64,000 nt of DNA from an uncultured Verrucomicrobiaceae bacterium (GCA_964515735.1 CAZEVP010000008.1:7945-71944); one strand, 5' to 3'; numbered from the stretch's first letter, positions 37,771-50,910 are shown. Made by a program: numbers and translations. Notes: a model not told the origin generated them from the sequence alone.

Positions 37771-38016
37771 TCACCGCGCCTGCTGCTGCGCCCGCTCGGC
37801 ACGGGTCAGCGTCTTCATGTTGATCGCGTGCACGGCGCCGCTGGCGATCTCGTCGCGCAGCGCGCCGTAGACCAGCTGCTGCTTCTTGACCGGCGACAGC
37901 CCGGCGAAGATGTCGCCAACCACCAGCAGGTCGAAATGGCGGCCGTCGCCGGCGACCTCGACATCGCAGTCTTCGAGACGGCTCAGCAGCAGCGCTTTGA
38001 CCTCGGCGGGTTCCAT
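37771..38016 (-). CDS. ibaG: BolA family protein (IbaG/YrbA-like)
   Basis: 81 aa (..GDGRHFDLLVVGDIFAGLSPVKKQQLVY.. HAINMKTLT). It occupies the conserved position between mlaB and murA. Confidence 0.8.
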   Translation of the reverse strand: MEPAEVKALLLSRLEDCDVEVAGDGRHFDLLVVGDIFAGLSPVKKQQLVYGALRDEIASGAVHAINMKTLTRAERAQQQAR

Positions 38017-38125
38017 CGGAACGACTCCTCACAGCGAAACGGACAGACTGGAACGGGGCGCGGACGGCGGAAAAGGCACGGGCACGGCCCCGGACAGGGC
38101 CGGCCATTCTACGGAAGGGGGGGCG

Positions 38126-38458
38126 CTAATGGCGAGCGTCGGCGACGATCAGCGTCTCCAGCCCACTGACGTGGACGATCGACGCCATCTGCTCCGGCAG
38201 GTTGGTGAACGCCAGCCGCTTGCCGGCGGCGCTGGCGACGCGCAGCCAGTCGAGCAGCAGCGCGACACCGGCGCTGCTGCTGTATTCGACGGCGCCGAGA
38301 TCGACGTGGCAGCTGGCCGGGGCGGCCCCGTTCAGCCAGTCGAGGCCACCGCGGTGCAGCGCCAGCACGCTGTCGGCATCGAGCCGGCCGGCGACCCGCA
38401 GCGTGTCGCCGTCTATCGTCAGCGAGGCCGGGGCGGCCACGTCAGCCCGCCTTGCCAT
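38126..38458 (-). CDS. mlaB: STAS-domain phospholipid transport accessory protein
   Basis: About 110 aa (..LTIDGDTLRVAGRLDADSV.. VDLGAVEYSSSAGVALLLDWLR..). The start is either the ATG at 38458 or the GTG at 38440. Position downstream of mlaC. Confidence 0.7.
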   Translation of the reverse strand: MARRADVAAPASLTIDGDTLRVAGRLDADSVLALHRGGLDWLNGAAPASCHVDLGAVEYSSSAGVALLLDWLRVASAAGKRLAFTNLPEQMASIVHVSGLETLIVADARH

Positions 38459-39110
38459 TGTTGTTGGCCACCGCGTCGGGCTCGACACGCCAGGTGTCGA
38501 TGACGCGGTCGATGTCGTTGCGGTTCTGCTGCATCGAGCTGGAGAACTGGTTGCGGTAGGTCTGGCCGAGGTTGATGCCCTCGACGATGACGTTGCGCAC
38601 CAGCCAGTTGCCGGCACGGTCCTGCTTCATCGTGTACTGCACGACGTAGGGCTGACTGGCGTCGCCGTGGATCAGCTGCCGGACCGTCACCGAACCGCCG
38701 GCGCCGGGCTTGCCCGGCAGCGTCTCGATGCGCTGGCCGTTGAACTGGAACAGCCCCTTGGCATAGGTGTCGATGACGCCGCGCTTGAAGGTGGCGGTGA
38801 AGCGCTCGACCTGGGCGCGGAATTCGGCGCGCTCGGCGTCGCTCTTCAGCGAGCTGTAGCGCTGGGCGCTGGCGTGGCGCCCCATGACGCCGCGCGCGAA
38901 GCCGTCGAAATCGACCGCCGGCGTCATCGCCGCCTCGATGCGCTGGTGGAAACGCTCCGGCTCGCGCTCGTAGCCGGAGCGCTCCTCGTTGACGATGGTC
39001 AGCACCTGTTCGGTAGTCTGCTGCACCACCTGATACGGGTCGGACGCGGCCACCGCCTGCAGCGCCAACGCCGCCAGCAGCAGACCGCACAGATTGCGCA
39101 ACGCTTTCAT
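38442..39110 (-). CDS. mlaC: Periplasmic phospholipid-binding protein (Ttg2D/MlaC)
   Basis: 222 aa from the internal ATG, with a signal peptide (MKALRNLCGLLLAALALQAVAA) and a MlaC-like body. Confidence 0.85.
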   Translation of the reverse strand: MKALRNLCGLLLAALALQAVAASDPYQVVQQTTEQVLTIVNEERSGYEREPERFHQRIEAAMTPAVDFDGFARGVMGRHASAQRYSSLKSDAERAEFRAQVERFTATFKRGVIDTYAKGLFQFNGQRIETLPGKPGAGGSVTVRQLIHGDASQPYVVQYTMKQDRAGNWLVRNVIVEGINLGQTYRNQFSSSMQQNRNDIDRVIDTWRVEPDAVANNNGKAG

Positions 39111-39144
39111 CGAACCTTTCCTCTCAACGACAGCCATCGGCATC

Positions 39145-39606
39145 TCAATCCTTGCCGAGGCTGGTCATGAACTTGCCGATCAGATCCTCGAGGTTCAACG
39201 CCGACTGCGTGTCCTCGATCTCGTCACCGTTGCCGAGCATCTCCTCGTCGCCGCCGACGGCGATGGCGACGAACTTCTCGCCGAGCACCCCCTGCGTCTT
39301 GACCGCCGCGTAGCTGTCGCGGGTCAGGTAGTCGACGCGCTTGTCGATCGCCATCTCGACCACGGCGCGGGTGTCAGCCGGGTCGATGCGGATGTTGGTG
39401 ACGCGGCCGATGACGACGCCGGCCATCGTCACCTTGGCGCGCGCGCCGAGGCCCGAGACGTCGTCGAAACGGGCCGACAGTTTGTAGGTCTCGCGGTTGT
39501 TGTCGGCGATATTGAGGCCGCTGACCTGAATGCCGAGGAACGCCAGCGCGAGGATGCCGGCCAGCATGAAGGCACCGACTCCGATTTCAACGGTACGCAA
39601 ACGCAT
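39145..39606 (-). CDS. mlaD: MCE-domain outer membrane lipid asymmetry protein
   Basis: 153 aa ([24 protein letters not shown].. YKLSARFDDVSGLGARAKVTMAGVVIGRV). Confidence 0.9.
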   Translation of the reverse strand: MRLRTVEIGVGAFMLAGILALAFLGIQVSGLNIADNNRETYKLSARFDDVSGLGARAKVTMAGVVIGRVTNIRIDPADTRAVVEMAIDKRVDYLTRDSYAAVKTQGVLGEKFVAIAVGGDEEMLGNGDEIEDTQSALNLEDLIGKFMTSLGKD

Positions 39607-40388
39607 CAATCGACTCCGAACATGACTGCAGTGAGCAGGAAATCCATCCCGAGAATGGCCAGCGACGAGTAGACCACGGTGCGCGTCGTCGCCGCGCTGA
39701 TCCCCTCCGAGGTCGGCATCGCGTCGTAGCCCTGGAACACGGCGATCCAGGTGACGACGATGCCGAACACCAGCGACTTGATCAGGCCGTTGACGATGTC
39801 CTCGCGGAACTCGACGGCGCTCTGCATGTTGGCCCAGAACGAGCCGGCATCGACGCCGAGCCAGTCGACGCCGACCGCCACCGCGCCCCAGATCGCCACC
39901 ACGTTGAAGATCTGCGCCAGCACCGGCATGGCGATGATGCCGGCCCACAGCCGCGGCCGCACCACGCGCCGCAGCGGGTCGACGCCGATCATCTCCATCG
40001 ACGCCAGCTGCTCGGTCGCCTTCATCAGGCCGATCTCGGCGGTCAGCGCCGAGCCGGCGCGACCGGCGAACAGCAGCGCGGCGACCACCGGCCCGAGTTC
40101 GCGGATCAGCGCCAGCGACACCAGCTGGCCGAGCGCCTGATCGGCGCCGAAGCGCACCAGCACCGTGTAGCCCTGCAGCGCCAGCACCATGCCGATGAAG
40201 GCGCCCGAGACGCAGATGATCACCAGCGAGTAGACGCCGACGAACCAGAGCTGCTTGATCAGCAGCCGCGGGCCGTTGCGCAGGTCGGGCGGGCTGACCA
40301 GCGCCATCCACAGCAAACGGCCGGCGCGGCCGAGCACTTCGAGTATGCCGAGGCCGGAGGCGCCGAGACGGGCGAGCCAGTCGATCAC
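39606..40388 (-). CDS. mlaE: Mla ABC transporter permease
   Basis: 260 aa. The GTG start forms a GTGA overlap with the mlaF stop. Contains ..[35 protein letters not shown]... Confidence 0.9.
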   Translation of the reverse strand: MIDWLARLGASGLGILEVLGRAGRLLWMALVSPPDLRNGPRLLIKQLWFVGVYSLVIICVSGAFIGMVLALQGYTVLVRFGADQALGQLVSLALIRELGPVVAALLFAGRAGSALTAEIGLMKATEQLASMEMIGVDPLRRVVRPRLWAGIIAMPVLAQIFNVVAIWGAVAVGVDWLGVDAGSFWANMQSAVEFREDIVNGLIKSLVFGIVVTWIAVFQGYDAMPTSEGISAATTRTVVYSSLAILGMDFLLTAVMFGVD

Positions 40389-41239
40389 GCCGCACCTCCC
40401 GCCGCGCCGCCGAGACCGAGATCGCTGCGGAAATCGACCGCCGGGTAGTGGAACGGCACCGGGCCGTCCGGCAGGCCGTGGATGAACTGCTTCACCTTCG
40501 GCTCCTCGCTCGACAGCATCTCGGCCGGCGTGCCGCTGCCGACCACCTTGCCGTCGGCGATCAGGTAGATGTAGTCGGCGATGGCGGCGGTCTCGTGCAC
40601 GTCGTGCGAGACGATGATCGAGGTCAGCCCGAGCGCGTCGTTGAGGCGCTTGATCAGCTGCGCCAGCATCCCCATCGTGATCGGGTCCTGCCCGGCGAAC
40701 GGCTCGTCGTACATGATCAGCTGCGGGTCGAGCACGATCGCCCGCGCCAGCGCCGCGCGCCGCCCCATGCCGCCAGAGAGCTCGCTCGGCATCAGGTCGC
40801 GCGCGCCGCGCAGGCCGACCGCCTGCAGCTTCATCGTCACCAGGTCGCGGATGAACGACTCCGGCAGCCGGGTGTGCACGCGCAGCGGGAAGGCGACGTT
40901 CTCGTAGACGCTGAGATCGGTGAACAGCGCGCCGCTCTGGAACAGCATCCCCATCTTGCGGCGCACGGCGAACAGCTCGGCGCGCGACAGCTTCGCGATG
41001 TCGGCACCGTCGATGTGGACGCTGCCGCGCTCGGGCTCCAGCTGGCCGCCGATCAGCCGCAGCAGCGTGGTCTTGCCGGTGCCGCTCGGGCCCATGACGG
41101 CGGTGATGCGGCCGCGCCGGATCGACAGGTCGACGCCGTCGAAAATGACCCGCTTGCCGCGCCGGAAGGCGAGATCGCGTACGTCGATCAGGCTGTCGTG
41201 AGCGTCGTTCACGTTGTCGTCGGGCGCCGGTGGCGTCAT
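40385..41239 (-). CDS. mlaF: Mla ABC transporter ATP-binding protein
   Basis: 284 aa from the internal ATG. Walker [10 protein letters not shown], signature [14 protein letters not shown], Walker B IMYDEP. Confidence 0.9.
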   Translation of the reverse strand: MTPPAPDDNVNDAHDSLIDVRDLAFRRGKRVIFDGVDLSIRRGRITAVMGPSGTGKTTLLRLIGGQLEPERGSVHIDGADIAKLSRAELFAVRRKMGMLFQSGALFTDLSVYENVAFPLRVHTRLPESFIRDLVTMKLQAVGLRGARDLMPSELSGGMGRRAALARAIVLDPQLIMYDEPFAGQDPITMGMLAQLIKRLNDALGLTSIIVSHDVHETAAIADYIYLIADGKVVGSGTPAEMLSSEEPKVKQFIHGLPDGPVPFHYPAVDFRSDLGLGGAAGGAA

Positions 41240-41450
41240 CCGCTGCGCTTCCTCTTGCCGTCGGGCGGAAAACAAAGGCGCGCATGATAGCCCGAAACCG
41301 CTTGGCGCCCGCAAACCCGCCGGCGCGCCATTTCGCGTCCGGTCAGCTTCGCGACAGCTTCAGTGCCGGAGCCGCGCTGTTCAGGCCGACGGCCGCCACG
41401 TATCATTCCCCGCTTCCGAAATCGCCCGGCCGGACCGCCCCCACTCTCCG

Positions 41451-42422
41451 ATGAGCCGCATCTCCTTCACCGACTCGGCGCGCCGCACCATCGCCATGGA
41501 GCGCGACGCCGTCGACGCCCTGTCGGCACGCATCGGCGCCGACTTCGAGCGCGCCTGCCAGATCCTGCTCGGCTGTCGCGGCCGCGTCGTCGTCACCGGC
41601 ATGGGCAAGTCCGGCCACATCGGCACCAAGATCGCGGCGACGCTGGCCAGCACCGGCACGCCGGCGCTGTTCGTGCACCCGGCCGAGGCCAGCCACGGCG
41701 ACATGGGCATGATCACGGCGCAGGACGCCGTCATCGCCCTCTCCAACTCCGGCAGCACCGCCGAGGTGGTGACGATGCTGCCGCTGCTGAAACGGCTCGA
41801 AGTGCCGCTGGTCAGCATGACCGGCAAGCCCGACTCGGTGCTGGCGCGCGCCGCCGAGGTCAACCTCGACGTCGGCGTCGACACCGAGGCCTGCCCGCTG
41901 AACCTGGCGCCGACCTCGTCGACCACGGCGGCGCTGGTGATGGGCGACGCACTGGCGATCGCGCTGCTGGAAGCGCGCGGCTTCTCCGCCGAGGATTTCG
42001 CCTTCTCGCACCCCGGTGGCGCGCTCGGCCGCAAGCTGCTGCTGAAGATCGAGGACGTGATGCGCAGTGGCGACGACGTGCCGCGCGTGCCGCCCGAGCT
42101 GCCGCTGGCGCAGGCGCTGCTGGTGATCAGCCAGCGCGGCCTCGGCATGACCACGGTGATCGACCCGGACGGCAAACTGCTCGGCATCTTCACCGACGGC
42201 GACCTGCGCCGCACCATCGACCACGGCATCGACATCCACGCCACACCGATCGGCGACGTCATGACCCGCCACAGCAAGACCGCCCGCGCCGGCATGCTGG
42301 CGGCCGAGGCGCTGGCGATCATGGACAACTTCAAGATCAGCGCGCTGACCGTCGTCGACGACGACAACCGCCCGGTCGGCGCGCTGCACCTGCACGATCT
42401 GCTGCGCGCCGGCGTCGCCTGA
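41451..42422 (+). CDS. kdsD: Arabinose-5-phosphate isomerase
   Basis: 323 aa from the internal ATG, with a SIS domain (VVVTGMGKSGHIGTKIAATLASTGTPA) plus tandem CBS domains. Confidence 0.9.
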   Translation: MSRISFTDSARRTIAMERDAVDALSARIGADFERACQILLGCRGRVVVTGMGKSGHIGTKIAATLASTGTPALFVHPAEASHGDMGMITAQDAVIALSNSGSTAEVVTMLPLLKRLEVPLVSMTGKPDSVLARAAEVNLDVGVDTEACPLNLAPTSSTTAALVMGDALAIALLEARGFSAEDFAFSHPGGALGRKLLLKIEDVMRSGDDVPRVPPELPLAQALLVISQRGLGMTTVIDPDGKLLGIFTDGDLRRTIDHGIDIHATPIGDVMTRHSKTARAGMLAAEALAIMDNFKISALTVVDDDNRPVGALHLHDLLRAGVA

Positions 42423-42447
42423 GCCGCGGCGTGCGAGACCCCCGACC

Positions 42448-42978
42448 ATGACCGACTCTCCGCAGCCCCACCCGAACGCCCGCCTCGTGCGCCTGCTGGT
42501 GCTCGACGTCGACGGCGTGCTGACCGACGGCCACCTCTGGTTCGGCAACAGCGGCGAGGAGCTGAAGGCGTTCGACATCCAGGACGGCCTCGGCATCAAG
42601 CTGCTGGCGCGCGGCGGCATCGCCACCGCCATCATCACCGGCCGCCGCTCGGCGCTGGTGGCGCGGCGCGCGCAGGAGCTCGGCATCCAACATTTATTGC
42701 AAGGGCGCGAGGACAAACAGGAGGCGCTGATCGAACTGTGCGCCGACCTCGGTCTGAACCCGGCCGAGACCGCCTACATGGGCGATGACCTGCCCGACCT
42801 CGGCGCCATCCGCGCCGCCGGCTTCGGCATCGCACCGGCCAACGCCCACGCCTTCGTCGCCCGCCACGCCGACCACCGCACCGAGCGTCGCGGCGGCCAC
42901 GGCGCCGTGCGCGAGGCGTGCGAGCTGATCCTGGCCAGCCAGGGCAAGCTCGACGCGCTGCTCGACAGTTATCTTTGA
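42448..42978 (+). CDS. kdsC: 3-deoxy-D-manno-octulosonate 8-phosphate phosphatase
   Basis: 176 aa, HAD-type (LLVLDVDGVLTDG.. FDIQDGLGIKLL.. YMGDDLPDL). Confidence 0.9.
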   Translation: MTDSPQPHPNARLVRLLVLDVDGVLTDGHLWFGNSGEELKAFDIQDGLGIKLLARGGIATAIITGRRSALVARRAQELGIQHLLQGREDKQEALIELCADLGLNPAETAYMGDDLPDLGAIRAAGFGIAPANAHAFVARHADHRTERRGGHGAVREACELILASQGKLDALLDSYL

Positions 42979-43000
42979 AGCCGCCGGTGACGGACCGACC

Positions 43001-43564
43001 GTGAACCTGCATCTCGACTACAAGCGCTTCACGCTGCAGATCGGCCTGGCCGGCTTCGCGCTGATGGTCGGCTACCTGACGCTGTTCTGGGAGGGCAGCC
43101 AGACCGTGCTGCTGCGCGATGCGCAGGACAACCCGGTCGACTTCTACGCCGAGCGGCTCAGCGGCCAGCGTTTCGACCCGCAGGGCCGGCTGCTGCAGAC
43201 GCTGACGGCGGAGCGGATGACGCACTACCGCGCCAGCGACGAGGCGCTGCTGATCGAGCCGCGCTTCATGTCGATCGGCAGCGACGGTCGCCGCTGGCAC
43301 AGCGAGGCGCGCGAGGCGACGCTGTTCGGCGAAGAGCGGGTGCTGCTGCGGCGCGATGTCCTGATCAACGAGATCGGCGGCGCGGCGCGCCTGACCACCG
43401 AGCGGCTGACCTGGTATCCGCCGGGCCAGCGCGTCGAGACCGACGCCCCGGTGCGGCTGGTCGACACCGGCCACACGCTGCGCGGCGTCGGCCTGCGCGC
43501 CGATCTGGAACGACAGCGCAGCGAGCTGCTGCACAGAGTGGAGGGTCTGCATGAACTGCGGTAA
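43001..43564 (+). CDS. lptC: LPS export system protein LptC
   Basis: 187 aa, GTG start, N-terminal transmembrane anchor. Position between kdsC and lptA. Confidence 0.85.
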   Translation: MNLHLDYKRFTLQIGLAGFALMVGYLTLFWEGSQTVLLRDAQDNPVDFYAERLSGQRFDPQGRLLQTLTAERMTHYRASDEALLIEPRFMSIGSDGRRWHSEAREATLFGEERVLLRRDVLINEIGGAARLTTERLTWYPPGQRVETDAPVRLVDTGHTLRGVGLRADLERQRSELLHRVEGLHELR

Positions 43565-44119
43565 TGGCGCCACGCGCCGCCCGGCCGCCCCGCGAGCGGC
43601 GCTCGCCGGCGTGCTGCTGGCCGGCTGCCTGTTCGCCGGCATTGCCGGCGCACTGCCGGAGGATCGCAGCCAGCCGATCCGGGTGACGGCCGACAGCGCC
43701 GTGCAACAGGCCGGCACGGTCACTTACAAAGGCGCCGTCGTCATCGTGCAGGGCACGCTGAAGATCGAGGCCGACCGGGTCACGGTCGACCACGTCGACG
43801 GCCGCGTGCAGAAGATGACCGCGATCGGCCAGCCGGCGCGGCTGCAGCAGCAGCCGGAACCCGGCGGCGGGCTGGTTCGCGCCCGCGCCGAGACGATCAT
43901 CTACTTCCAGAGCGAGAACCGCGCCGAGCTGCTGCGCTCGGCACAGGTCGAGCGCGACGGCTCCACCGTCAACGGCGACCGTATCGAGTACCAGATCGAC
44001 AGCGAGACGGTGCGCGCGCAGGGCGGCCAGCAGGGTGGTGGCCGCGTCGAGATGGTGCTGCAGCCGGAGCGCCCGGCCGACGCCGCGCCGGCCCCGAGCG
44101 ACGACGGGGAGACGCGCTG

Positions 44120-44120
<1 letters not shown>
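43551..44120 (+). CDS. lptA: LPS export periplasmic protein LptA
   Basis: 189 aa with a signal peptide and an OstA-like beta-jellyroll sequence (PIRVTADSA.. [12 protein letters not shown]..). Confidence 0.85.
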
Positions 44121-44845
<725 letters not shown>

Positions 44846-45059
44846 CCGACGCCCGCTTCGCACGCCGTTGCGGTGTGCGGAACGCGCGACTACACTCCCT
44901 TCGTCACGCTGCTTTATGCAGTTTTCGTTCCATCGGGCAGCCGTTCGCCCGATGGCGCACGCCGCCGTTCTCCGCCAGCGCTGCATCGCCTCCCTCCGGC
45001 GGCCGCAAGGCCGGAATGGTCGCGTTACCCCGGACCGGTCGCAGGAAGAAGTCGCCGTT

Positions 45060-46529
<1,470 letters not shown>

Positions 46530-46786
46530 CCGGCCCCGACCCCGGGGTTACAATGCCCGGCCGCCACGCCGGCACCCGAAGGCCGGCGCGGTCAAAGAAT
46601 CCTGACTGGGGATGAGCTACAGTGACCTGCAGGCGCACCGATTCCGCGCAACTCTGGCGGTCTTCGGGCCGCGCCCCGTGAAACAGAACGATTTCCGGCG
46701 CAAAACGGTCTCAGCGCCTGTCGGCACGCCGGAACCCGCCCTGTTTCAACGACCGATCCCGTTCCAAAGACTGTAAGGAGCGTTCC

Positions 46787-47074
46787 ATGCAAATCACCGT
46801 CAGTGGCCACCATGTCGACATCACCCCCGCCCTGCGCGACTACGTCAACAGCAAGCTCTCCAGGCTGCAGCGTCACTTCGACAACATCACCAACACGGTG
46901 GTGACGCTGACCGTCGAGAAGCTGGTGCAGAAAGCGGAGGCCACCGTGCATGTCGCCGGTGCCGACCTGTTCGCCGCCAGTGAGTCCGAGGACATGTACG
47001 CCGCCATCGATGCGCTCGCCGACAAGCTCGACCGCCAGATCATCAAGCACAAAGAGAAAGTGAAAGGGCACTGA
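46787..47074 (+). CDS. hpf: Ribosome hibernation promoting factor (short HPF/YfiA type)
   Basis: 95 aa (MQITVSGHHVDITPALRDYVNSKLSRLQRHFD..). Confidence 0.9.
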   Translation: MQITVSGHHVDITPALRDYVNSKLSRLQRHFDNITNTVVTLTVEKLVQKAEATVHVAGADLFAASESEDMYAAIDALADKLDRQIIKHKEKVKGH

Positions 47075-47139
47075 GCCCCCCGTTCCGGCGCCCGTTGCGG
47101 GCGCCGCCTCACACCACTCCCCGCCCCTCCCCGGACATC

Positions 47140-47601
47140 ATGCAACTCGACGCCATCCTGACCCCGGCCCGCACCCTCTGCCGCATCTCCGCCAGCAGCA
47201 AGAAGCGGGTGCTGGAGACCGCGGCCCAGCTCATCTGCCAGGACCTGCCGGGCTTCGACGCCAACATGCTATTCGGCAACCTGGTGGCGCGCGAGCGCCT
47301 CGGCAGCACCGGCCTCGGCCAGGGCATCGCCATTCCGCACTGCCGCCTGAAGGATCTCGACCGCGTCGTCGGCAGCCTGATCACGCTGGAGCAGCCGATC
47401 GATTTCGAGTCGATCGACGACAGGCCGGTCGATATCCTGTTCGTATTGATCGTGCCCGACGAGGCGACACAGGAGCACCTGAACACGCTGGCGGCGCTGG
47501 CCGAGCTGTTCAACCAGAGCGAATTCTGCGTGCAGCTGCGCGCGGCGCGCGACGCCGGACAGCTCTACGACGCGGCGCTCTCCTTCGCCGCCGGACACTG
47601 A
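47140..47601 (+). CDS. ptsN: Nitrogen-PTS EIIA(Ntr)
   Basis: 153 aa from the internal ATG, with the phosphorylatable His context GQGIAIPHCR. Confidence 0.9.
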   Translation: MQLDAILTPARTLCRISASSKKRVLETAAQLICQDLPGFDANMLFGNLVARERLGSTGLGQGIAIPHCRLKDLDRVVGSLITLEQPIDFESIDDRPVDILFVLIVPDEATQEHLNTLAALAELFNQSEFCVQLRAARDAGQLYDAALSFAAGH

Positions 47602-47635
47602 ACCCCGCACCGCCAACGACCGCAGGAGGTCGCGC

Positions 47636-48526
47636 ATGGCAGACGCTCCGACACCCGCATCGACACCGATGCAGCTGGTGATCATCAGCGGCCGCTCCGG
47701 CTCCGGCAAAAGTACCGCGCTGCATCTGCTGGAAGATGAAGGCTTCTACTGCATCGACAACCTGCCGGTGTCGCTGCTGCCGGAGCTGGTGACGCAGCTG
47801 CGCCGGGAACCGGCCGGCGACAGCGGCCGCGTCGCCGTCTGCGTCGATGCGCGCAACGCCTCGCGCGACCTGTCGCGCTTCCAGGAGCTGCTGCGGAAAC
47901 TGCCGGACGATGTCGGCGTCGATGTCGTCTATCTCGATGCCGACGACCACACGCTGATCAAGCGCTTCTCCGAGACCCGCCGCCGCCACCCGCTCAGCGA
48001 CGAGCGCACCGCGCTCGGCGAGGCGATCGCGCGCGAGCGCACGCTGCTCGAACCGATCGCGATGTCGGCCAGCCTGAAGATCGACACCAGCGCGCTGAAC
48101 GTGCACGAACTGCGCTCGACGATGCGGGCGCGGCTGCTCGGCCGCGGCGCCGCGCGGCTGTCGCTGCTGTTCGTCTCGTTCGGTTACAAGCGCGGCATCC
48201 CGGTCGATTCGGACCTGGTGTTCGACCTGCGGGTACTGCCGAACCCGCACTGGCAGGCGGCATTGCGGCCGCTGACCGGGCGCGACCGGGAGGTGATCGA
48301 ATTTCTGGAGATACAGCCGGAAGTCGACGAAATGTTCGTCGACATCTACACGATGCTGCACAAATGGCTGCCGCGGTTCGTCGCCGGCAACCGCAGCTAT
48401 ATTACCGTTTCGCTCGGTTGCACCGGCGGACAACATCGCTCAGTATATATGGCCGAACGCCTCGCCAAGGCGTTTCTCCCTGAATATAAAGACGTGCAGA
48501 TCAGACACCGGGAGCTGGTTTCCTGA
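47636..48526 (+). CDS. rapZ: RNase adapter protein RapZ
   Basis: 296 aa. Walker A GRSGSGKST, ..FYCIDNLP.., and C-terminal CTGGQHRSV. Confidence 0.95.
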   Translation: MADAPTPASTPMQLVIISGRSGSGKSTALHLLEDEGFYCIDNLPVSLLPELVTQLRREPAGDSGRVAVCVDARNASRDLSRFQELLRKLPDDVGVDVVYLDADDHTLIKRFSETRRRHPLSDERTALGEAIARERTLLEPIAMSASLKIDTSALNVHELRSTMRARLLGRGAARLSLLFVSFGYKRGIPVDSDLVFDLRVLPNPHWQAALRPLTGRDREVIEFLEIQPEVDEMFVDIYTMLHKWLPRFVAGNRSYITVSLGCTGGQHRSVYMAERLAKAFLPEYKDVQIRHRELVS

Positions 48527-48552
48527 ACTCCTGCACCACCCGGCTGCTTGTC

Positions 48553-48822
48553 ATGATTTCGACCCCCATCACCATCATCAACAAACTGGGCCTGCACGCG
48601 CGCGCGGCGGCCAAGCTGGTTTCCGTCGCCACCCGCTACCCCTGCGAGATTCGCATCAATGCCAACGGCCGCAGCGTCGACGCCAAGAGCATCATGTCGG
48701 TGATGATGCTGGCCGCCGGCAAGGGCACCGAGCTGGAGCTGCAGTTCGACGGCAAGCAGGAAGCCGACGCCGCCGCCGCGGTGACCGCGCTGATCAGCAA
48801 CCGCTTCGACGAGGCGGAGTAG
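48553..48822 (+). CDS. ptsO: HPr-like phosphocarrier NPr
   Basis: 89 aa (..IINKLGLHARAAAKLV..). Confidence 0.9.
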   Translation: MISTPITIINKLGLHARAAAKLVSVATRYPCEIRINANGRSVDAKSIMSVMMLAAGKGTELELQFDGKQEADAAAAVTALISNRFDEAE

Positions 48823-48827
48823 ATTCG

Positions 48828-49358
48828 ATGCGCCCGCGCGATGATTCCCGACCGTTCGACGATGAGGATGAACGCCCCAGCCGCTCCGCCTTCAAGCGCG
48901 AGGCGCAGGCGCTGCAGGAACTCGGCGAGGCGATCGTCGACCTGACCGACGGCGAGCTGGCGACACTGCCGCTCGAGGGCGATCTCGCCGACGCCATCGC
49001 GCAGGCGCGCCGGCTGAAAGAGAGCGCGAAGACGCGCGAAGGTTTCCGCCGCCAGCTGCAGTACATCGGCAAGCTGATGCGCAAGACCGACACCGACGCG
49101 CTGCGCGTCGCCTACGACGAGCTGCAACAGGGCCGTCAGCAGCGCAACCAGCAGTTCCACCGTCTCGAAAAACTGCGCGACACGCTGGTCGTCGAAGGTG
49201 TCGGTGCGATGGAACAGGTGCTGGAGCGCTACCCCGACGCCGATCGCCAGCATCTGCGCCAGCTGATCACCGCCGCGGTCAAGGAGCGCGACGCCAGCCA
49301 GCCGCCGGCCGCCGCGCGCAAGCTGTTCCGTTATCTGCGCGACCTGGCAGAACTCTGA
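48828..49358 (+). CDS. darP: Ribosome-associated DUF615 protein (YjgA/DarP)
   Basis: 176 aa (..PSRSAFKREAQALQELGEAIVDL.. REGFRRQLQYIGKLMR..). Confidence 0.85.
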   Translation: MRPRDDSRPFDDEDERPSRSAFKREAQALQELGEAIVDLTDGELATLPLEGDLADAIAQARRLKESAKTREGFRRQLQYIGKLMRKTDTDALRVAYDELQQGRQQRNQQFHRLEKLRDTLVVEGVGAMEQVLERYPDADRQHLRQLITAAVKERDASQPPAAARKLFRYLRDLAEL

Positions 49359-49424
49359 ACGACACGTTCACGACAACCGGCACAGTGCCGCAGCAGCCCT
49401 CATCTCACGGAAGCCCCTCACACC

Positions 49425-50813
49425 ATGGATAACCGTGCCCTCCTGAGCAAAGCCCAGGGGCTGCTGAACCAGAATCAGGCGCGGGCCGCCTGGCGGCTTC
49501 TCCGGGATCACGCGCCGTCGTCGCCGGATGCCGACCTTCTCTACTTTTGCGCCTTCGCCGCCACCCAGTGCGGCGAACTCGCCGATGCCCAACGCGCCCT
49601 CGATGCCTGTCTCGCTCTGGCGCCGCAACATCCGGGCGCCCATTTTCAGCGCGGCCTGCTGGCGCTGGACGAGGGCGATCACGCGCAGGCGCTGGTCGGT
49701 TTCCGGGAAGCCGCCCGCCACGCGCCCGGCTGGGGCGACGCGCACTACAACCTCGGCGTGGTACAGGCGGAGCTGGGCGATGGCGCCGCCGCCGAAGCCA
49801 GTTATCACGCCGCACTGCGCGCCTCGCCGACCATGGTGCAGGCGGCCAACAACCTGGCCAACCTGCTGCTGGCGCGCGGCGAACGCGCGCAGGCCATCGC
49901 ACTGTTGCAACAGGCGGTGTCCCGCGCGCCGACCTTCGCCGAGGGCTGGTGTTCGCTCGGATACGCCTGTCTGACGACAAGGGAGCTGGACAAGGCCGCG
50001 CAGGCGTCGGAGAGAGCGCTGTCGCTGCGCGACCCGTTCCCGGCGGCGTGGGAAAACCTCGGTGAGATCCGCAGGCAGCAGGGGCGCCCGAACGACGCGC
50101 TGAAAGCCTTCGAACGCGCGCTCGCGCAGGACCCCGGCAATGAACGGCTGCAGTTCAAGATCGCGTCGCTGCGCGGCGAGAACCCGACGCGCCCGCCCGA
50201 TGCCTACGTGCGGCAGCTGTTCGACGACATGGCCGGCGAATTCGACACGCACCTCGTCGATGAGCTCGGCTACCGCCTGCCGCGTGATCTGGAAACCCAT
50301 CTGCAAGGTGTGCTGAATGGCCCCGCCAGCCTGGACGTGCTGGATCTCGGCTGCGGCACCGGTCTGGCCGGCGTTCACATCAAACCGTGGGCGAGACACC
50401 TGATCGGCGTGGATCTCTCACCGCGAATGCTGCAGGCCGCGCGCGAACGCGGCGTCTATGACGACCTGATCGAGGCGTCGCTGCAGGACGTGCTGGCGGC
50501 GGCGCAGGCGGCCAGCCGGGACCTGCTGATCGCCACCGACGTATTCGTGTACGTCGGCGATCTGGCCCCCGTGCTGCGGCAGGCGCACCGAACGCTGCGC
50601 CCCGGTGGATGCCTGCTGTTCTCCGTCGAGCGCTGCGACGACGAACTGGATTTCGTGCTGCGCCCGAGCGGCCGCTACGCCCATTCCAGTGCCACCCTGC
50701 GGCACTGGTGCGAAGCGGAAGGTTTCGCGATCGAGCGGGAGAGCGGGATTCCGTTGCGCAAGGAGGGCGACACGATGCTGGAAGGGCTGGTCGTGCGGGC
50801 GCGCCGGGTCTGA
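49425..50813 (+). CDS. TPR-repeat protein fused to a class I SAM-dependent methyltransferase
   Basis: 462 aa with N-terminal TPR-like repeats and a C-terminal methyltransferase motif I (VLDLGCGTGLAG). Confidence 0.8.
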   Translation: MDNRALLSKAQGLLNQNQARAAWRLLRDHAPSSPDADLLYFCAFAATQCGELADAQRALDACLALAPQHPGAHFQRGLLALDEGDHAQALVGFREAARHAPGWGDAHYNLGVVQAELGDGAAAEASYHAALRASPTMVQAANNLANLLLARGERAQAIALLQQAVSRAPTFAEGWCSLGYACLTTRELDKAAQASERALSLRDPFPAAWENLGEIRRQQGRPNDALKAFERALAQDPGNERLQFKIASLRGENPTRPPDAYVRQLFDDMAGEFDTHLVDELGYRLPRDLETHLQGVLNGPASLDVLDLGCGTGLAGVHIKPWARHLIGVDLSPRMLQAARERGVYDDLIEASLQDVLAAAQAASRDLLIATDVFVYVGDLAPVLRQAHRTLRPGGCLLFSVERCDDELDFVLRPSGRYAHSSATLRHWCEAEGFAIERESGIPLRKEGDTMLEGLVVRARRV

Positions 50814-50910
50814 AGCCGGACGCTCGTGATCATTCAATGGCCCGGCCAGCGTCGTGGCCAACTCATCGAGATGATTTTTCCACCCGGGAATCCGGGTTAC
50901 AGGGCTGTTC